A stretch of 64,000 nt of DNA from the NCBI GenBank assembly GCA_037379345.1, contig CM074515.1, forward strand, positions 3,038,001 through 3,102,000. Reading direction: 5' to 3'. This document shows positions 32,531 to 44,800 of this stretch, piece after piece. The translations under genes were made by a program, and so were the position numbers. The notes beneath the pieces were generated by a model that saw only the letters and a list, made by a program, of their open reading frames with translations, did not search any database and was not told where the DNA came from. Numbering within the stretch: position 1 is the first letter of the stretch; the number at the start of each line of letters is the position of its first letter. Source of the stretch: Perna viridis. Lineage: Eukaryota.

Positions 32531-34923
32531 ATGTATAATTAAAGCATTCTAATATTATTGACCTCACTTTACATAACTATATATCCCAATATTAAAGAGT
32601 ACACAGAATTTAAAAAAAAATATACAACATTTTAACTTCACTGTCATGCAGGAACCATTAAAGAGAGATAAAAATACCATCTTTGCAACAAAAACATATG
32701 ATTTCAGTGGAAAGAAAGAAAATTTGTTTGGTAGTAAAAAGATTGTTCATTTATTTTGTATGAATTAAATATACTATGAATGATTTGTCTAAAATACAAA
32801 AAAAAATTTTCATAGTTTTTGTAGTATTTTTACATAGCTATTTTTGGATGACAAATATTTGGCATAATGTAACAAAACTGCCCTCAAATAGACATAAAAC
32901 TGATCATATACATTTTAATAGCACCTAGTTTAAATGAATTGATGAGAAGCATTTTTTACTTCAAATATTGAACCATTCTGGGTCAAGGAGAAATTTCAAA
33001 TCAGTCAGATGGTTATTGTTTTATCAATGTTAAAACAAAAATGTTTAAATCTGAATTTAAATAATTGCTGATTATACCTGTAATACTACCCATGCCTTTT
33101 ACAATAACTCAAAACATTGAAAATTACAACTAGTAAAATATTAAGAGTTACTTCCCCTTGACCAACAGAACACAACACTATCTGAAGAGCAGTGATAGAC
33201 CAGGCAGTTTATTATGTAACATAGCACCATAACATCAGTGACCATGGCCAGTAGGCCAATTATAAGTGGTTATAAGACTAAACAACTATGTACACATCTC
33301 TGAGGTATTTTGCCATCATTCACACATGCTATTGTTTTAAGAGGTAAGAATTGTCATTGGAAATGCTAAGATAGTTGTGTTAACAATTACAAGAAAATCT
33401 TAAATAATAATGTAGAAGTTGAAATCTTTATGATTTGGTATTGAAAGTGTAAAAATTCATTGTTTTGGGCACTTGACTTGATTTCATTTTTAAAGAACCA
33501 TACATTGCTATCCCATATACAAGCATTTATAACAATAACTACAATCACCTTTAGTGACTCATCAATATATAACATGTTCAGGCCACATCAAATTTTAGAA
33601 AAAAATCAAAACTTAAGTCCATGATTGAGTTACATTCCATGAATTCAAAACTTTAAATAGTAAAAGCATAAATGAAAAGTTCTATGGAAAAAAGAAGAAC
33701 AAATCTATAAAAGTTACTGGTATGAATAGCCTGAGAAATAATTACACCATATATGTAGAGACTTGCAGTAAATCTAGAATGTCAGAAATGAAACCTTTGA
33801 TGTGGCCTTTCAATGGAACAATAAAATAATGGAATGACAATGTTAACATTTAACCTCTCTCATCCTAGTATATATAACAATGCGAACATATATACACTCA
33901 TGTAAGGCACATTATTGTGAACGCCAACAAACGTAAAAGTAACAAAAATAAATGGAAGACACAGGATTTGTTGTCAACGATATATATATATATATAAAAA
34001 ATCGTTGTTCAAAAAGTAAAATGAATATATCAAACATTTTTAATCTATTCTAGTCAGTAACAATGCATATATTTGGAAGACAATCAACAATTTTCTATAA
34101 ATGTATTACTTCGTTGATAGGAAACCTAGCCATAGTTTCTTACAGAAAATTGTAAGTGGAAGATATGGATTTTTAAATCATCTGAATACTTGCATATTTT
34201 ACTTCACCAAAAAAGAATGGTAAATATACAGTTTAATTAAACTAGAAGTTATTGGAATGTTTCAGTTTCATAAAACATGTGAAAAATCAAATCTCCAAAA
34301 ATAATTTTATCAACAGAAACTATGAAAAAAAGAAATAACAAAAAATCAGACAAATACATCAAAAGTAACTTTGGCCATTAATATTGGTAATAATCACCAA
34401 ATCTTTTATATTTATTCAATAATTTGTGCTTACAAACATTTGTATTATAATTCAAGATAATTAATTCAATAATGTCTGCACTATTGTCAAAAAAAAATTC
34501 TGAGTACAAAAAAAACAAAAATGCAAGACGAGGGTGGAATGTTTTGTTCATTTTCTATTTACAATCATAGTAAACTTAATAGTGAAAACAAATAACTCCT
34601 TCAATGGATTTCCAATTTAAAATGAGTTAACTAACATTGCACATTAGACAGTGTTTTTTTTTATGGATGACATTGATAATGAAGAATTTTCTGTTTATAA
34701 ACAGAATATGTATATGAATATTTAAATGATAAATGCCATTCATTACTTTGTTCATTATAAAAATATTGCACAATTAACTTATTACTTCATTTATAACTGT
34801 TGCTCTTCAAAAATTAATTTGGAACCACTTCATTTATCCAAAATTATCAAAGCACCAGATAACCAAAAAAATCATAAGTTATCTCCCTTAGACTTAAACA
34901 CACTTAAAAAAAACCAATTCTGT

Positions 34924-37900
34924 TCAGTTGCCAATCATGTGCTGTTTTTCATGTTGTAACAATAGTTTTTTTCCTTCAAATTCCCTTTCACAATAACGAC
35001 AAACATATATTTTAGCATATGTTTTCTCTACAGTTTGTGTTTTATCACATGCTTCTGACATCGATTCAGAGTCATTCTGGTTTTGACTATTAGAGGTAGA
35101 ATCAGCTTCATCATTACTTTCCTCATCTCTTAATCTCTTCTTCTTTACAATTGGAACTTCTGGTTTTGGAGCCCCCTCAGAGCTCTTGCCTTGTTTTTCA
35201 ATAATAGATTTGAATGTCTCATTGTCTATTTTTGTACTTGGGAAATGAAATTGAAAGTGTTCAACAAGTTCTTGCTCTTTTGAACAGCTGAAGTCACAAT
35301 ATGGACAAATTTTCTCGGATCTGTTATTGTGTTGATTTTCGTGGCTATCAAGTTCATCTTTAGATGGTGTACTGTATGGACAACGGTCACATTTAAACTC
35401 TTTGTACTCCTCTTCCTCACTGTTGTCACTGTCATTGACAGAGCCATGAGAGTTGAAGTACAGTTGTGGTGCAAACTCTGGTGTCATAGGTTCTACGGAT
35501 CTACTGTCGCCCATGTCACTGGAGGGAGAACCACCTTCTATTTTATAAAGTTTATGTAACTTCATGTGTTGTTGAAGTAAGTTCCAACGATCAACACTGA
35601 ATGAGCACTCACTACATGTATATCTGGCTGATATATTGTGTAAACTCTTGTGATATGTGTAACTATTCTTGTTACTTACAGAAAATGGGCAGAGCTTGCA
35701 TGTGTAGATTTTCTTTCCATCAGATGTTCTTTGAGTAGCTATCCTGTTCAGTTTTTCCTCTAACAAAGAGTTTTTCACAGCATAGTCATTGACATTTTTG
35801 TTATTTTCCAATGCAAAGTCTCTGTTCAGGAAGACAATATCCAGAGGAGCAACAACATACCCGGGTTCTGATTGATGTACACGACGATGTTGGTAGAGTA
35901 AATTTAATCTGTCAGCACTCCAATTACAGTAATCACATATATATTTCTTATTCAGGCCATGCATATGTATGTGACATTTGAAACTTCTAAGAGCATTACA
36001 TCGATATGGGCATTGATTACAAGAATAGCGAATCTTTTCTCCATCAAGTTTACCAGACAAATTCATTGACATTTGTTGTGAGAGAGCATTTGGGTCCATT
36101 TCAGACAGACTATCATCAGACTCCTCAGCTGTAAAGTTTTTAGCCCCATATTTAACAGGATCAGCATTTTCTAGTTCCTCCTGTTCAAGTCTAGCCATTT
36201 CTTCCTCAGGAATTTCTCCTGCTTCAATATTGTCCATAAATTCTCCTTCATCTATAAACTCTTTGTCTTCCTCCATTTCATGATCAGAGAATTCTGATGT
36301 ATTTGCATTTTTCAGAATTTCTATTCCTTCGTCATCTTTGGGATCAAAGACAAGTGTTTGGAAATACATGTCTGCTTGTTGGTTAACCATATCATCATTG
36401 ACACGAGGTACATAACGATCAGCCAAGTTGGGCTGTTTCATATGCATTTCAATATGGTTAAATAGACTACTCTTTCTGTATGCAGTGAAGGCACATCTAG
36501 AACACTTGTACCTGATATGTCCAGCATTATTTGATAGTTTGTTTAGTATAATGTTCATTTTGTCAGTTGTCAAGACAGGTTGTTCTGTTTGGCCATTGTT
36601 TTGTTCTGCTGACCTAGCGTTATCCTCCTCATCAGAGGAGTCAAGTTTTGGTTCATATGGCTCACGATGTACAACAAGATGTTGTAAGAGTTCTTCCATA
36701 GTATCTACATGGTAGTCACAATACTCACACTTGTGCTCTTTTCCACTACAATGGAGCATAATGTGTTGCTGAAGCTTCTTTATTGTCTTACATTTATACG
36801 GACATTTAGTGCAAGTTGGTAAAATCATGGCTCCTTTGCCACCGGTAGGGAATCCATTCTCATCTACTGCACTTTCAAACTCGGTCATTGGAGTATTCTC
36901 ATATTTTTCAATAAAGATTGGTTCTGGTGGATGAATGCTATCTTTATGATTGTAAATGAGTTTTAGACTGTCTGCTCCATAGTTACAAATGTCACACGAG
37001 TATTTTTTGCCACAACTGTGTTGACGGGCATGGTTGCCAGTATTAGCTGCATTACTACTGACATACGAGCAACTAGGACATTTGTAGTTTTTACATCCAT
37101 TGATCATACATAGTTGTATTGGTATTCCCCTCCAGTTAGCCATCCCTCTTATAACTAAAACAGGTTTTTGTCCATTTACAGCCATAGTACTGTATATTTT
37201 CATTTCTCTGTTAGCTGATTCTTCAAAGTGCTCTTGCATGTCAACATCATGAGGAAAGTCTGAGCTATCAAATGAGTTGTTAAGGCTATCAGAGTCAAAT
37301 GAGTTGGAATTCCATGACCTTCTATCTTCAACTTTACCACTTGGTGTCAGACGGATCTTTTCTTCAGGTGTACCTCTCCAAACATCACCATGAGTTCCTT
37401 TCATGTGTTGATAGAGCAGATTTAGCCTATCAATACTGTAGTCACAGAATCGACATGTATGGCGACAATTGCTACCATGACGCTCAATATGACGTAAGTA
37501 AGTTACAGCATTTGGAGCGGTAAACGAACATTTGGTACATTGGAATGATCTTCCCCTCTTCTGTGGGCTAGTTGATTTTTTGGCACGAGCCATAGCTTGT
37601 TGTTGGAGATGCATGGCCATAGCTGTTTGTGCTCGGTTATCATTCATTCTTTGTTGCAGGGACTGAGTCAAGGCTGATACAGTTGATGGCATTGAAGCGA
37701 TGCTTGGTGTTGTATGAGTAGATGCAGAGGATGGTTTTGGTTCTATTGGCCTATATTTGAACATGTTGAACATTGGATTTTGTTGAAGTTGTGCCTGAAG
37801 TTGTGGTAAAGCTGGTTTTGATGACAGCTGTGGTGGTTGGTCATAGCTATTAGGTTGTGGTTGACGAGTTGGTAGACTCATGCCAGTAGATGGAGAAGGC

Positions 37901-40900
37901 TTGTCATTAGATTCTTGAGCCTTCAACTCACTAGGATGAACTTGTTGTGCATGTTGGTAGACAGTGGCAAGATTTGGGAACATAGCTGGGCACCATTCAC
38001 ATGGGAATCTGTAGGATGGATTTTGTTGGTTTGACGATGACAGTGATACCTTAGGCTGTGTGAATGATGATACTGGTGTAGATGTTCGAGTGAGGTCTAA
38101 TGCTCCAGTAAAGCTGACAGGCCTATTGTTGGAAGTGTCCATTGGAGAATCCCGACCCATTCTTTGGTCTTCATACAAAGCTTCTCCTGCCATCTCATTG
38201 TCAATATCTTCAATACTTTCAGGCTCATGGGTTGACTCGTGTACCATGATACTTGACTTGGAAAAAGAAGTGAATGAGCAATGCTTGCATTTGAATTGTT
38301 GAACAGGTTGAGTTGGCTTCCTTCGATGTTTTCTACTTGATACATCATTTGAAGACATAGAATTTTCATCATCTTTTGGAATTGGTGATTCTGAACTCTG
38401 TTGTGGTGATGGTGATGGGACATTTTGAGGAGATGCTGCTGATGTTGTATGGGTTTTCTTGTGCTGAAGGAATGATGGTAGATCTGGTGCTTTGTAGCTA
38501 CATTGCTTACATCGGAATTTATCATTACTATCTTTTACGGCACTGGTGTTTCCATGCATTTTTACATGTGCCTGGTAACTCAGTTTTTTATAAGTGGCGT
38601 ACTGGCATTGGTCACATTTGTAAAGCTGTCTATCATCTTCTGCATACATTTCATTTGCTTTCTGTGCCAGTTTAAACTTGTCCTGAAGATACATTGGTGA
38701 TTGGCCCTCAGACTGTGGCATAAAGTTATTGTCATGACCATAAGTCCGCATGTGTTTCTTGAGGTCACATTTCCATCTAGAGCTGTATCCACAGACAGAG
38801 CAACTGAATGGTTTGTTTTCAGAATGCAATACTGAATGACGTTTGAGTTCAGCCGGACTGTTGCCTATGAAGGGACATTCTAGACACTCATATGTAGCCA
38901 TTTTTTCATTTTGTTCATTTTCCATTATATTTTGCATGAAGCCATTGTAAATGAAACGTTTATCCTGCATATCTTGTTCTTCATGTTGGCCATGTTTAAA
39001 TGGCTGTGGTGTATCTTGATGAAAAGCACCTTGTGGCATTACAGTTACATTGGGTGGTGGTAACTTCCTCATCTTAGTTGTATCAATGACATCTTTGATG
39101 GTTCCACCTCCACACCGCTTTAGATGTTTAACTACATCCCATTTCCATTTACTTTTATAACTACATCTTGGACAATGATATGGTTTTTCATCAGAGTGGT
39201 TTTTCATATGTTGTTGAATTTCAGATGGCCACCTAGCACGGTATTCACAGAGTCGACATTTGTATGGTAGCAGGATTTCAGCACCATCTGCATCTTTCAT
39301 GGTGAGACCATCCTTCATTTTGATAAAATGAAAGTTAGAAGACTGATTTGAGTCATCTGATGGTATCAAGTTTTCCATTTCTTTTAGTGAAGAATTTTCC
39401 ATGCTACCACTTAGGTTGAACGAATCATTCTTTGGTGGTTCAGATGAAGCTCGACTACCATTTGGATAATCAACAGCCCCAGCCGTTATATAACCATCTC
39501 TAGACAAGTTGTTGTTTGTATCTTCTAGAATGCTTGCTTCAGTATCTGACAGTCGACGTTTCTTGATGCCAGGTGTGTCTAAGTAACTATCCGAATAACG
39601 TTTGTGACCATACTGTTCCTTTTCAACAAGTGAGGCAGCAGTGTTAGACAACATTTGTAAAGCTCCACCACCTGAACTATTGTATACTCTAGATACCATT
39701 GATGGAGATGGGTCAAACGATGAGGAGTTTGCTGAAGCTGATGATTTAGATGCTGAAGAAGATGATGGTCCACTTTGCTCTCGACGCTTGTATGGATTCT
39801 GGAGGGAGCTATGGCTTTTCTCAAAATGTTTAACCAAATCCCATTTCCATTTGTAAGTTGAACCACACACCATGCATATAAATGGTCGTTCTTCAGAATG
39901 TGATACAGCATGCTTCTGAAGTTCTGCAGGCCATTTGGCAACAAACTGACACATGTTGCACTTGAGATATTTTGGTTCTGTTGTAGAACTGATGTCCTGG
40001 GAAGCAATGTTACTTAGTGGCATTTTGAGTAGATGATATGTTTGCTGCAGGCCATGTGGTATTTTCTGTATGGCCTCTTTGTGTTCCTGAATTTTTTCAG
40101 AATGATTTTCAGCAAAGTGAGTGTTCAGATCTTCAACACCATTAAAATGCTCTTGACACTCTGCACATTTGAAAGCCCTCTTGTTAAGATGCAGTGTCAT
40201 GTGAGAGCTATAATCCACTAGTGTTTTGGCTATAAATCCACATCTATTGCATTGGAGAACTTTGTTGTCATCCTTATTTTCCTCATCAGTGTCACCATTA
40301 TGGTTTTCAGAAGGCCATTGTGGTTCACGTTTCATTACTGCAACATTGAATTTTTTCATCATCTCATGTTCTATTTGTTGCTGCATTTTTGTATGGTTCA
40401 AACTTAAGTCAGATTTTTTATGCAATGTTAAATCCACCTCTTTGTTCACCGAAAAGTCAATAGGTTGTTCGTCTCTTGGTCTTTCTTGGGATTGTGCCCT
40501 GTTATAACGGTTATAGTTCATATCAGGGCTCATTCGTTGCTGATGTGCCATTTTGGGTGGATAATATGATGGAGCATTACTGATAAACGGGCCAATTGAT
40601 CTTGGCATCACTACAGGTGCTATTGACATTTCATCCATTTTTTCATGCATAACTGGAGTTGATGATCCGGAATGTGAAGAATGATTCATTGCAGTCAGTC
40701 GACTTCTCTCAGACGGTGGTACAGGATACCGGTACTTCATGTTACTGACAGCATTGAGTTTAGCAAGACCTGGTGGTGGTTTGCTAGCATCTGGAATGTC
40801 ACCGAAATGTTTCTCCTTCCAATGTTTGTTAAGAGACTTACGCCATTTGTAAACATTTCCACATTTTGAGCAAGCATACTTGATTCCAGTCTCATCAAAT

Positions 40901-41868
40901 ACTTCAAAATATTTTCCAGGGTCAACTTCTTGTCTTGTTTTTCTCTTTTGTTTCTTTTCACTCTCTGGAGCCTCTGGAATTACCATAGTTACAAGAGGCT
41001 CTTCTTCTTCTTCCTCTTCCTCCCCTTCATCATCATCATCATGAGGTATATTCATTTTTATGATGTCACTTCCTGTAGTACTTTTATTGTCCTTCTCTGA
41101 AAAGCTGCTGTCAAGATCAGAACCATTTAGCAGCATGCCATCTTTCCCAGAGAAATGTAATTTATGATGACGAGGTAGTTTTTGACGGTATTTTGTGGCA
41201 TAGTCACAAACATCACATTCATAAATAGTAATGTCAGCATTGTGTGCATCTTTCTGATGATGTAGGTATGTTTTAGCACTAGTTGAGGTAAAGTCACATT
41301 GTCCACAAATATAAGTGCGTGTCTGAATATTTCCAGTCCTTGTTGGTGTCTTTTTACCACTTGCATCATCATCACCATCAGCAATAATCAATCGTCCTTC
41401 TTCATCTTCCATTTCATGACTGAAATTAGAGCTTTGGTCAATGTCTCTCTCGCCATTTATACGTGCTAAGTCTTCTATGTCTCCCATAGGACCATCAACA
41501 CAATCTCCATTGCCTTCCATTGTGTTAGTCAGTGATTGTCCAACTATTTTATCTTTTGTCTCTGTTTTTTTAACTTTTGGTGAAGTATTTTGATCACTTG
41601 ATTTCTTTGATTGTTCATGGATTGGTGAAACACTTTGTTCGGTTGAATCGGCAGATAATCTCTTAGTTGGTTGACTTTTCCTTCTCCTCCCACCAAGAGA
41701 ACGAATTAAGTCTGGGTCAGTGTCTTGAGAATGAGCGAATTTTTGGTGATCTAGGAATTCTTTTGGATCAGTACAGCGAAACTTGCACTGTTTACAGAAT
41801 CGACTGCGTCCCTTCTGATTGGTTAATTCTGTTCCATCATCGTCTGCTTGACTGCCTCCTTCTGACAT
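34924..41868 (-). CDS. Large multi-C2H2 zinc-finger protein (2314 aa, about 30 fingers in dispersed pairs), whole CDS in one exon
   Basis: Uninterrupted ORF with about 30 CxxC-x12-Hx3-5H motifs and some S-E/D-E/N-K/R-P-F/Y linkers. The exon begins at 41894 after a T9-CAG acceptor. An in-frame TAA at 41890-41892 makes the ATG at 41868 the start, not the GTG at 41886. Confidence 0.93.
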   Translation of the reverse strand: MSEGGSQADDDGTELTNQKGRSRFCKQCKFRCTDPKEFLDHQKFAHSQDTDPDLIRSLGGRRRKSQPTKRLSADSTEQSVSPIHEQSKKSSDQNTSPKVKKTETKDKIVGQSLTNTMEGNGDCVDGPMGDIEDLARINGERDIDQSSNFSHEMEDEEGRLIIADGDDDASGKKTPTRTGNIQTRTYICGQCDFTSTSAKTYLHHQKDAHNADITIYECDVCDYATKYRQKLPRHHKLHFSGKDGMLLNGSDLDSSFSEKDNKSTTGSDIIKMNIPHDDDDEGEEEEEEEEPLVTMVIPEAPESEKKQKRKTRQEVDPGKYFEVFDETGIKYACSKCGNVYKWRKSLNKHWKEKHFGDIPDASKPPPGLAKLNAVSNMKYRYPVPPSERSRLTAMNHSSHSGSSTPVMHEKMDEMSIAPVVMPRSIGPFISNAPSYYPPKMAHQQRMSPDMNYNRYNRAQSQERPRDEQPIDFSVNKEVDLTLHKKSDLSLNHTKMQQQIEHEMMKKFNVAVMKREPQWPSENHNGDTDEENKDDNKVLQCNRCGFIAKTLVDYSSHMTLHLNKRAFKCAECQEHFNGVEDLNTHFAENHSEKIQEHKEAIQKIPHGLQQTYHLLKMPLSNIASQDISSTTEPKYLKCNMCQFVAKWPAELQKHAVSHSEERPFICMVCGSTYKWKWDLVKHFEKSHSSLQNPYKRREQSGPSSSSASKSSASANSSSFDPSPSMVSRVYNSSGGGALQMLSNTAASLVEKEQYGHKRYSDSYLDTPGIKKRRLSDTEASILEDTNNNLSRDGYITAGAVDYPNGSRASSEPPKNDSFNLSGSMENSSLKEMENLIPSDDSNQSSNFHFIKMKDGLTMKDADGAEILLPYKCRLCEYRARWPSEIQQHMKNHSDEKPYHCPRCSYKSKWKWDVVKHLKRCGGGTIKDVIDTTKMRKLPPPNVTVMPQGAFHQDTPQPFKHGQHEEQDMQDKRFIYNGFMQNIMENEQNEKMATYECLECPFIGNSPAELKRHSVLHSENKPFSCSVCGYSSRWKCDLKKHMRTYGHDNNFMPQSEGQSPMYLQDKFKLAQKANEMYAEDDRQLYKCDQCQYATYKKLSYQAHVKMHGNTSAVKDSNDKFRCKQCSYKAPDLPSFLQHKKTHTTSAASPQNVPSPSPQQSSESPIPKDDENSMSSNDVSSRKHRRKPTQPVQQFKCKHCSFTSFSKSSIMVHESTHEPESIEDIDNEMAGEALYEDQRMGRDSPMDTSNNRPVSFTGALDLTRTSTPVSSFTQPKVSLSSSNQQNPSYRFPCEWCPAMFPNLATVYQHAQQVHPSELKAQESNDKPSPSTGMSLPTRQPQPNSYDQPPQLSSKPALPQLQAQLQQNPMFNMFKYRPIEPKPSSASTHTTPSIASMPSTVSALTQSLQQRMNDNRAQTAMAMHLQQQAMARAKKSTSPQKRGRSFQCTKCSFTAPNAVTYLRHIERHGSNCRHTCRFCDYSIDRLNLLYQHMKGTHGDVWRGTPEEKIRLTPSGKVEDRRSWNSNSFDSDSLNNSFDSSDFPHDVDMQEHFEESANREMKIYSTMAVNGQKPVLVIRGMANWRGIPIQLCMINGCKNYKCPSCSYVSSNAANTGNHARQHSCGKKYSCDICNYGADSLKLIYNHKDSIHPPEPIFIEKYENTPMTEFESAVDENGFPTGGKGAMILPTCTKCPYKCKTIKKLQQHIMLHCSGKEHKCEYCDYHVDTMEELLQHLVVHREPYEPKLDSSDEEDNARSAEQNNGQTEQPVLTTDKMNIILNKLSNNAGHIRYKCSRCAFTAYRKSSLFNHIEMHMKQPNLADRYVPRVNDDMVNQQADMYFQTLVFDPKDDEGIEILKNANTSEFSDHEMEEDKEFIDEGEFMDNIEAGEIPEEEMARLEQEELENADPVKYGAKNFTAEESDDSLSEMDPNALSQQMSMNLSGKLDGEKIRYSCNQCPYRCNALRSFKCHIHMHGLNKKYICDYCNWSADRLNLLYQHRRVHQSEPGYVVAPLDIVFLNRDFALENNKNVNDYAVKNSLLEEKLNRIATQRTSDGKKIYTCKLCPFSVSNKNSYTYHKSLHNISARYTCSECSFSVDRWNLLQQHMKLHKLYKIEGGSPSSDMGDSRSVEPMTPEFAPQLYFNSHGSVNDSDNSEEEEYKEFKCDRCPYSTPSKDELDSHENQHNNRSEKICPYCDFSCSKEQELVEHFQFHFPSTKIDNETFKSIIEKQGKSSEGAPKPEVPIVKKKRLRDEESNDEADSTSNSQNQNDSESMSEACDKTQTVEKTYAKIYVCRYCEREFEGKKLLLQHEKQHMIGN

Positions 41869-44800
41869 GACTTGTTTGTACCGCACAGGTTATCCTGAAA
41901 AAAAAAGGATAAATTAAAATTTGAAATCAACAACCAGTTAAAAGGGTATACATCATTTTATTTATGGTTTAATTTTGGTATCATGAAAGCATCCATACAT
42001 GGCTTTTTGTTATTTATGATTGCTACATTTGTTCATTTTCATTGCAAGTCACTTGTTGTGAAAGGCTACTGCTGTTATTCAATATTGGCATGTGTAACTG
42101 ACTACATTGTGTAATGCAGACTGTGATAGCATATACTGATGGAATGACAGAGGTTATCACTTCTATCAAAACTTGCCCCTTTGGCTCATTACAATACTGA
42201 CTATACTTGGTTGTTACTCTTTATTCATAATCCACAGACTATTCTTACAATGTTCAATGATCCCAATGAAGTTTTACCCTTTTTCTAATAAAATAGTACT
42301 TTTCTACATAGGAGGTCCTTTGCAAATAACTTAAATTCAACAGCACAATGTATTCTAATTAATATATGTCAAAATAGCCACCGAACTATTGCATCAATTG
42401 ATATAAGTTTTGTTCACTTTTGAACAGGATTATGTTTAGGTAACCTTAGACTTCCTTTACAAAAGATGCTTGTTCCTAAGCAGGTGCCCCTTAAGTTCTA
42501 CTATAGCTATCATTATTGTTCTTTTGCAACTAAGTGATGCAACCCTTTTTCTAAGTTTTACACTGAATGAGACATAACAAGAGCATCTGAAGCAATAAGA
42601 TTTTTTTAAAACTTAAATTCATCTTACCATCATTTTTTTTAAACACCTCCTTTTCATAAATACTTGTGTATGCATACAACAGCTCTGGTTCAGATATATG
42701 AATATGTCATACTTTAATGCCAAAATGTCATAAAAAAAAACAACATTTCTTTTAAATGAGCAGTGAATTAGGTCATAAGATTGATCAATCAACCCCCCTA
42801 AAGGTACGAGAAAAATTGTAGTTCCTTACAATGGTCTAAAAGATATCTTTATGATGGAACTATGGAGTTACACTCCAAAATTTTTGTATGAAACATCATA
42901 CATTAATATATCAAGTCATAAGAAGTCACAAAGTTCTTTCTTTTCAAGCTTATTAAAAACTAATTAATTTGTTATTCACAGTTTATGCAGAGAAATACCA
43001 GACATACTTGCATGATAAATTACAGTATTATGGAAGATTTTACAATGGAATCATAAAGTTGAATAATAGACCTACAACAATAAAGTCATGTAAATTGTTT
43101 GTTAGACTCATTTTAATCTTGAGAATTTCCCTTCCCATTTTCCCATAGACAAATGGTCCTATGTCAAAAACAACTATTAATTTCAGATGATTCAAATCTC
43201 GGGTGAATTTCCTTAAAAATAAATTGTTCTTCTCAGTGGTTAAAAGACATTCCCATGTTCTACAGGTAAAAACGAGACAAAAGGTATGTGAACAACCTCG
43301 TTACCTGTCCCCAGGCTAACTTGTTGGCCATTTCCTTTTCACATAGTAATTCCATCTTTATATCAAAGAATTGATCATTAAAATATTATCTCTTTTGTAT
43401 GCTTCAGTTCTTCACACATAGTTATAGAGGCCTTATGGAAGGGTGATCAGAGACAAGTTACAGTAATTATGAGATAACACTACATAATACTCTGATAACA
43501 TAGTTCAATAATTAATATCATTACTTTATGGATAATTTGTGAAACTTTTAAGTTAGGCGATAAAGTTTTTTAAGGAAGTCATCTTATTCACTAATTCTAT
43601 GAGATGACAACTTTAAGTTCTGAATTATACCCCTTTTATATCAACTACATGTATTTCCAAATTTCAAACTTACTAGAATAGATAGGTCTTAATTCCTGTC
43701 AAAAATGATGATTTGGTTTTCGATAAAATAATTTAAAGTTTCTGAATTAATTTTTCATTTCTTAGACAAAAATCAATATATTCACTTGAATCCAACTTAG
43801 AAGAAATGGCATTCTGAAATCTAAGTGGGACCTAATACAGAACAAATCCTCACAAAGGTTCCATTGAGAAGTAGTGAACCATATCAGGACATGACAATAA
43901 TTACAGGTGTATGTTTACAAAGGTGAGAAACATGTCCATGAAGAATGACCACTCAGACATAAATGGTCACTTGTCAAGAACATTCTCCCTGCTGGCACTC
44001 AACTAATTTATAGAATACCAGCTTTGTCAAGACACCTTCAGGTCAAAGTTCAAATCTAGTGTATTGTTATTTGGAAAAATTTGTTCCACAAAATGCCATA
44101 ATATTTGTACAAATGTTTATCTCATGTAAGATTCTATCCAGAAAACTCAACTGAGAAATAAACCTCCTGAGAAAGGTTAAAAGTTATCCAAAAGGACACA
44201 CCCTTCCAATTCTCAGAGACATCCAAAAAAAAAAAAAGAAAGTATGAAGGAAGAAAAATACTCTTGAAGTTGTATTCTCCCCTCATAATTACCTATTTAA
44301 AAAAATCAATACACACTGACCTAGAAAACAAGTTCATTTAGATACTCACTGAAAATGTCATTTTACATCTTTCTAATAATAAATAGATCTGTATCTATGT
44401 TAAAACTTCAATAAAACATGGAAAATAAGGTAAACTCCCAGATATGAAGACACCACTTGTCTACAAGGAATGTTTCAGGAAGTTTCTCAACTTAGATCAA
44501 ATTACTTAGGATAAACCTGAATCTGTCCCTCAATAGAAAGTTCTAATGTTCAAGGAAGAATTTAAAAGATGTTGATGCTGATAAAAAATTCATGATTTTA
44601 AAAACTCATATTATGTATATAGATGCAAATAAAAATTTCCTTAAAACTTCTATTTTGGTTCTAAGTAGCCATATCACTATTATGATCCAGGGATAAAAAT
44701 CCATTACTGATCATCTGAAGACCTTTTATCTAACAGATTTGGCCCCTTTTCATAAATATAAGGTGTCATTTTTATAAAATCACTCCTGCTAAAGGATTTT

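Noticed and set aside
35226-41870. Many 60-140 aa ORFs overlapping the zinc-finger CDS in other frames or strands
   Set aside because: Shadow ORFs of a long coding exon; no recognisable domains.
41869-41886. ORF-track start (GTG, MRYKQV) of the zinc-finger protein
   Set aside because: Eukaryotic gene; first ATG is at 41868, and an in-frame TAA just upstream within the exon excludes N-terminal extension by splicing.
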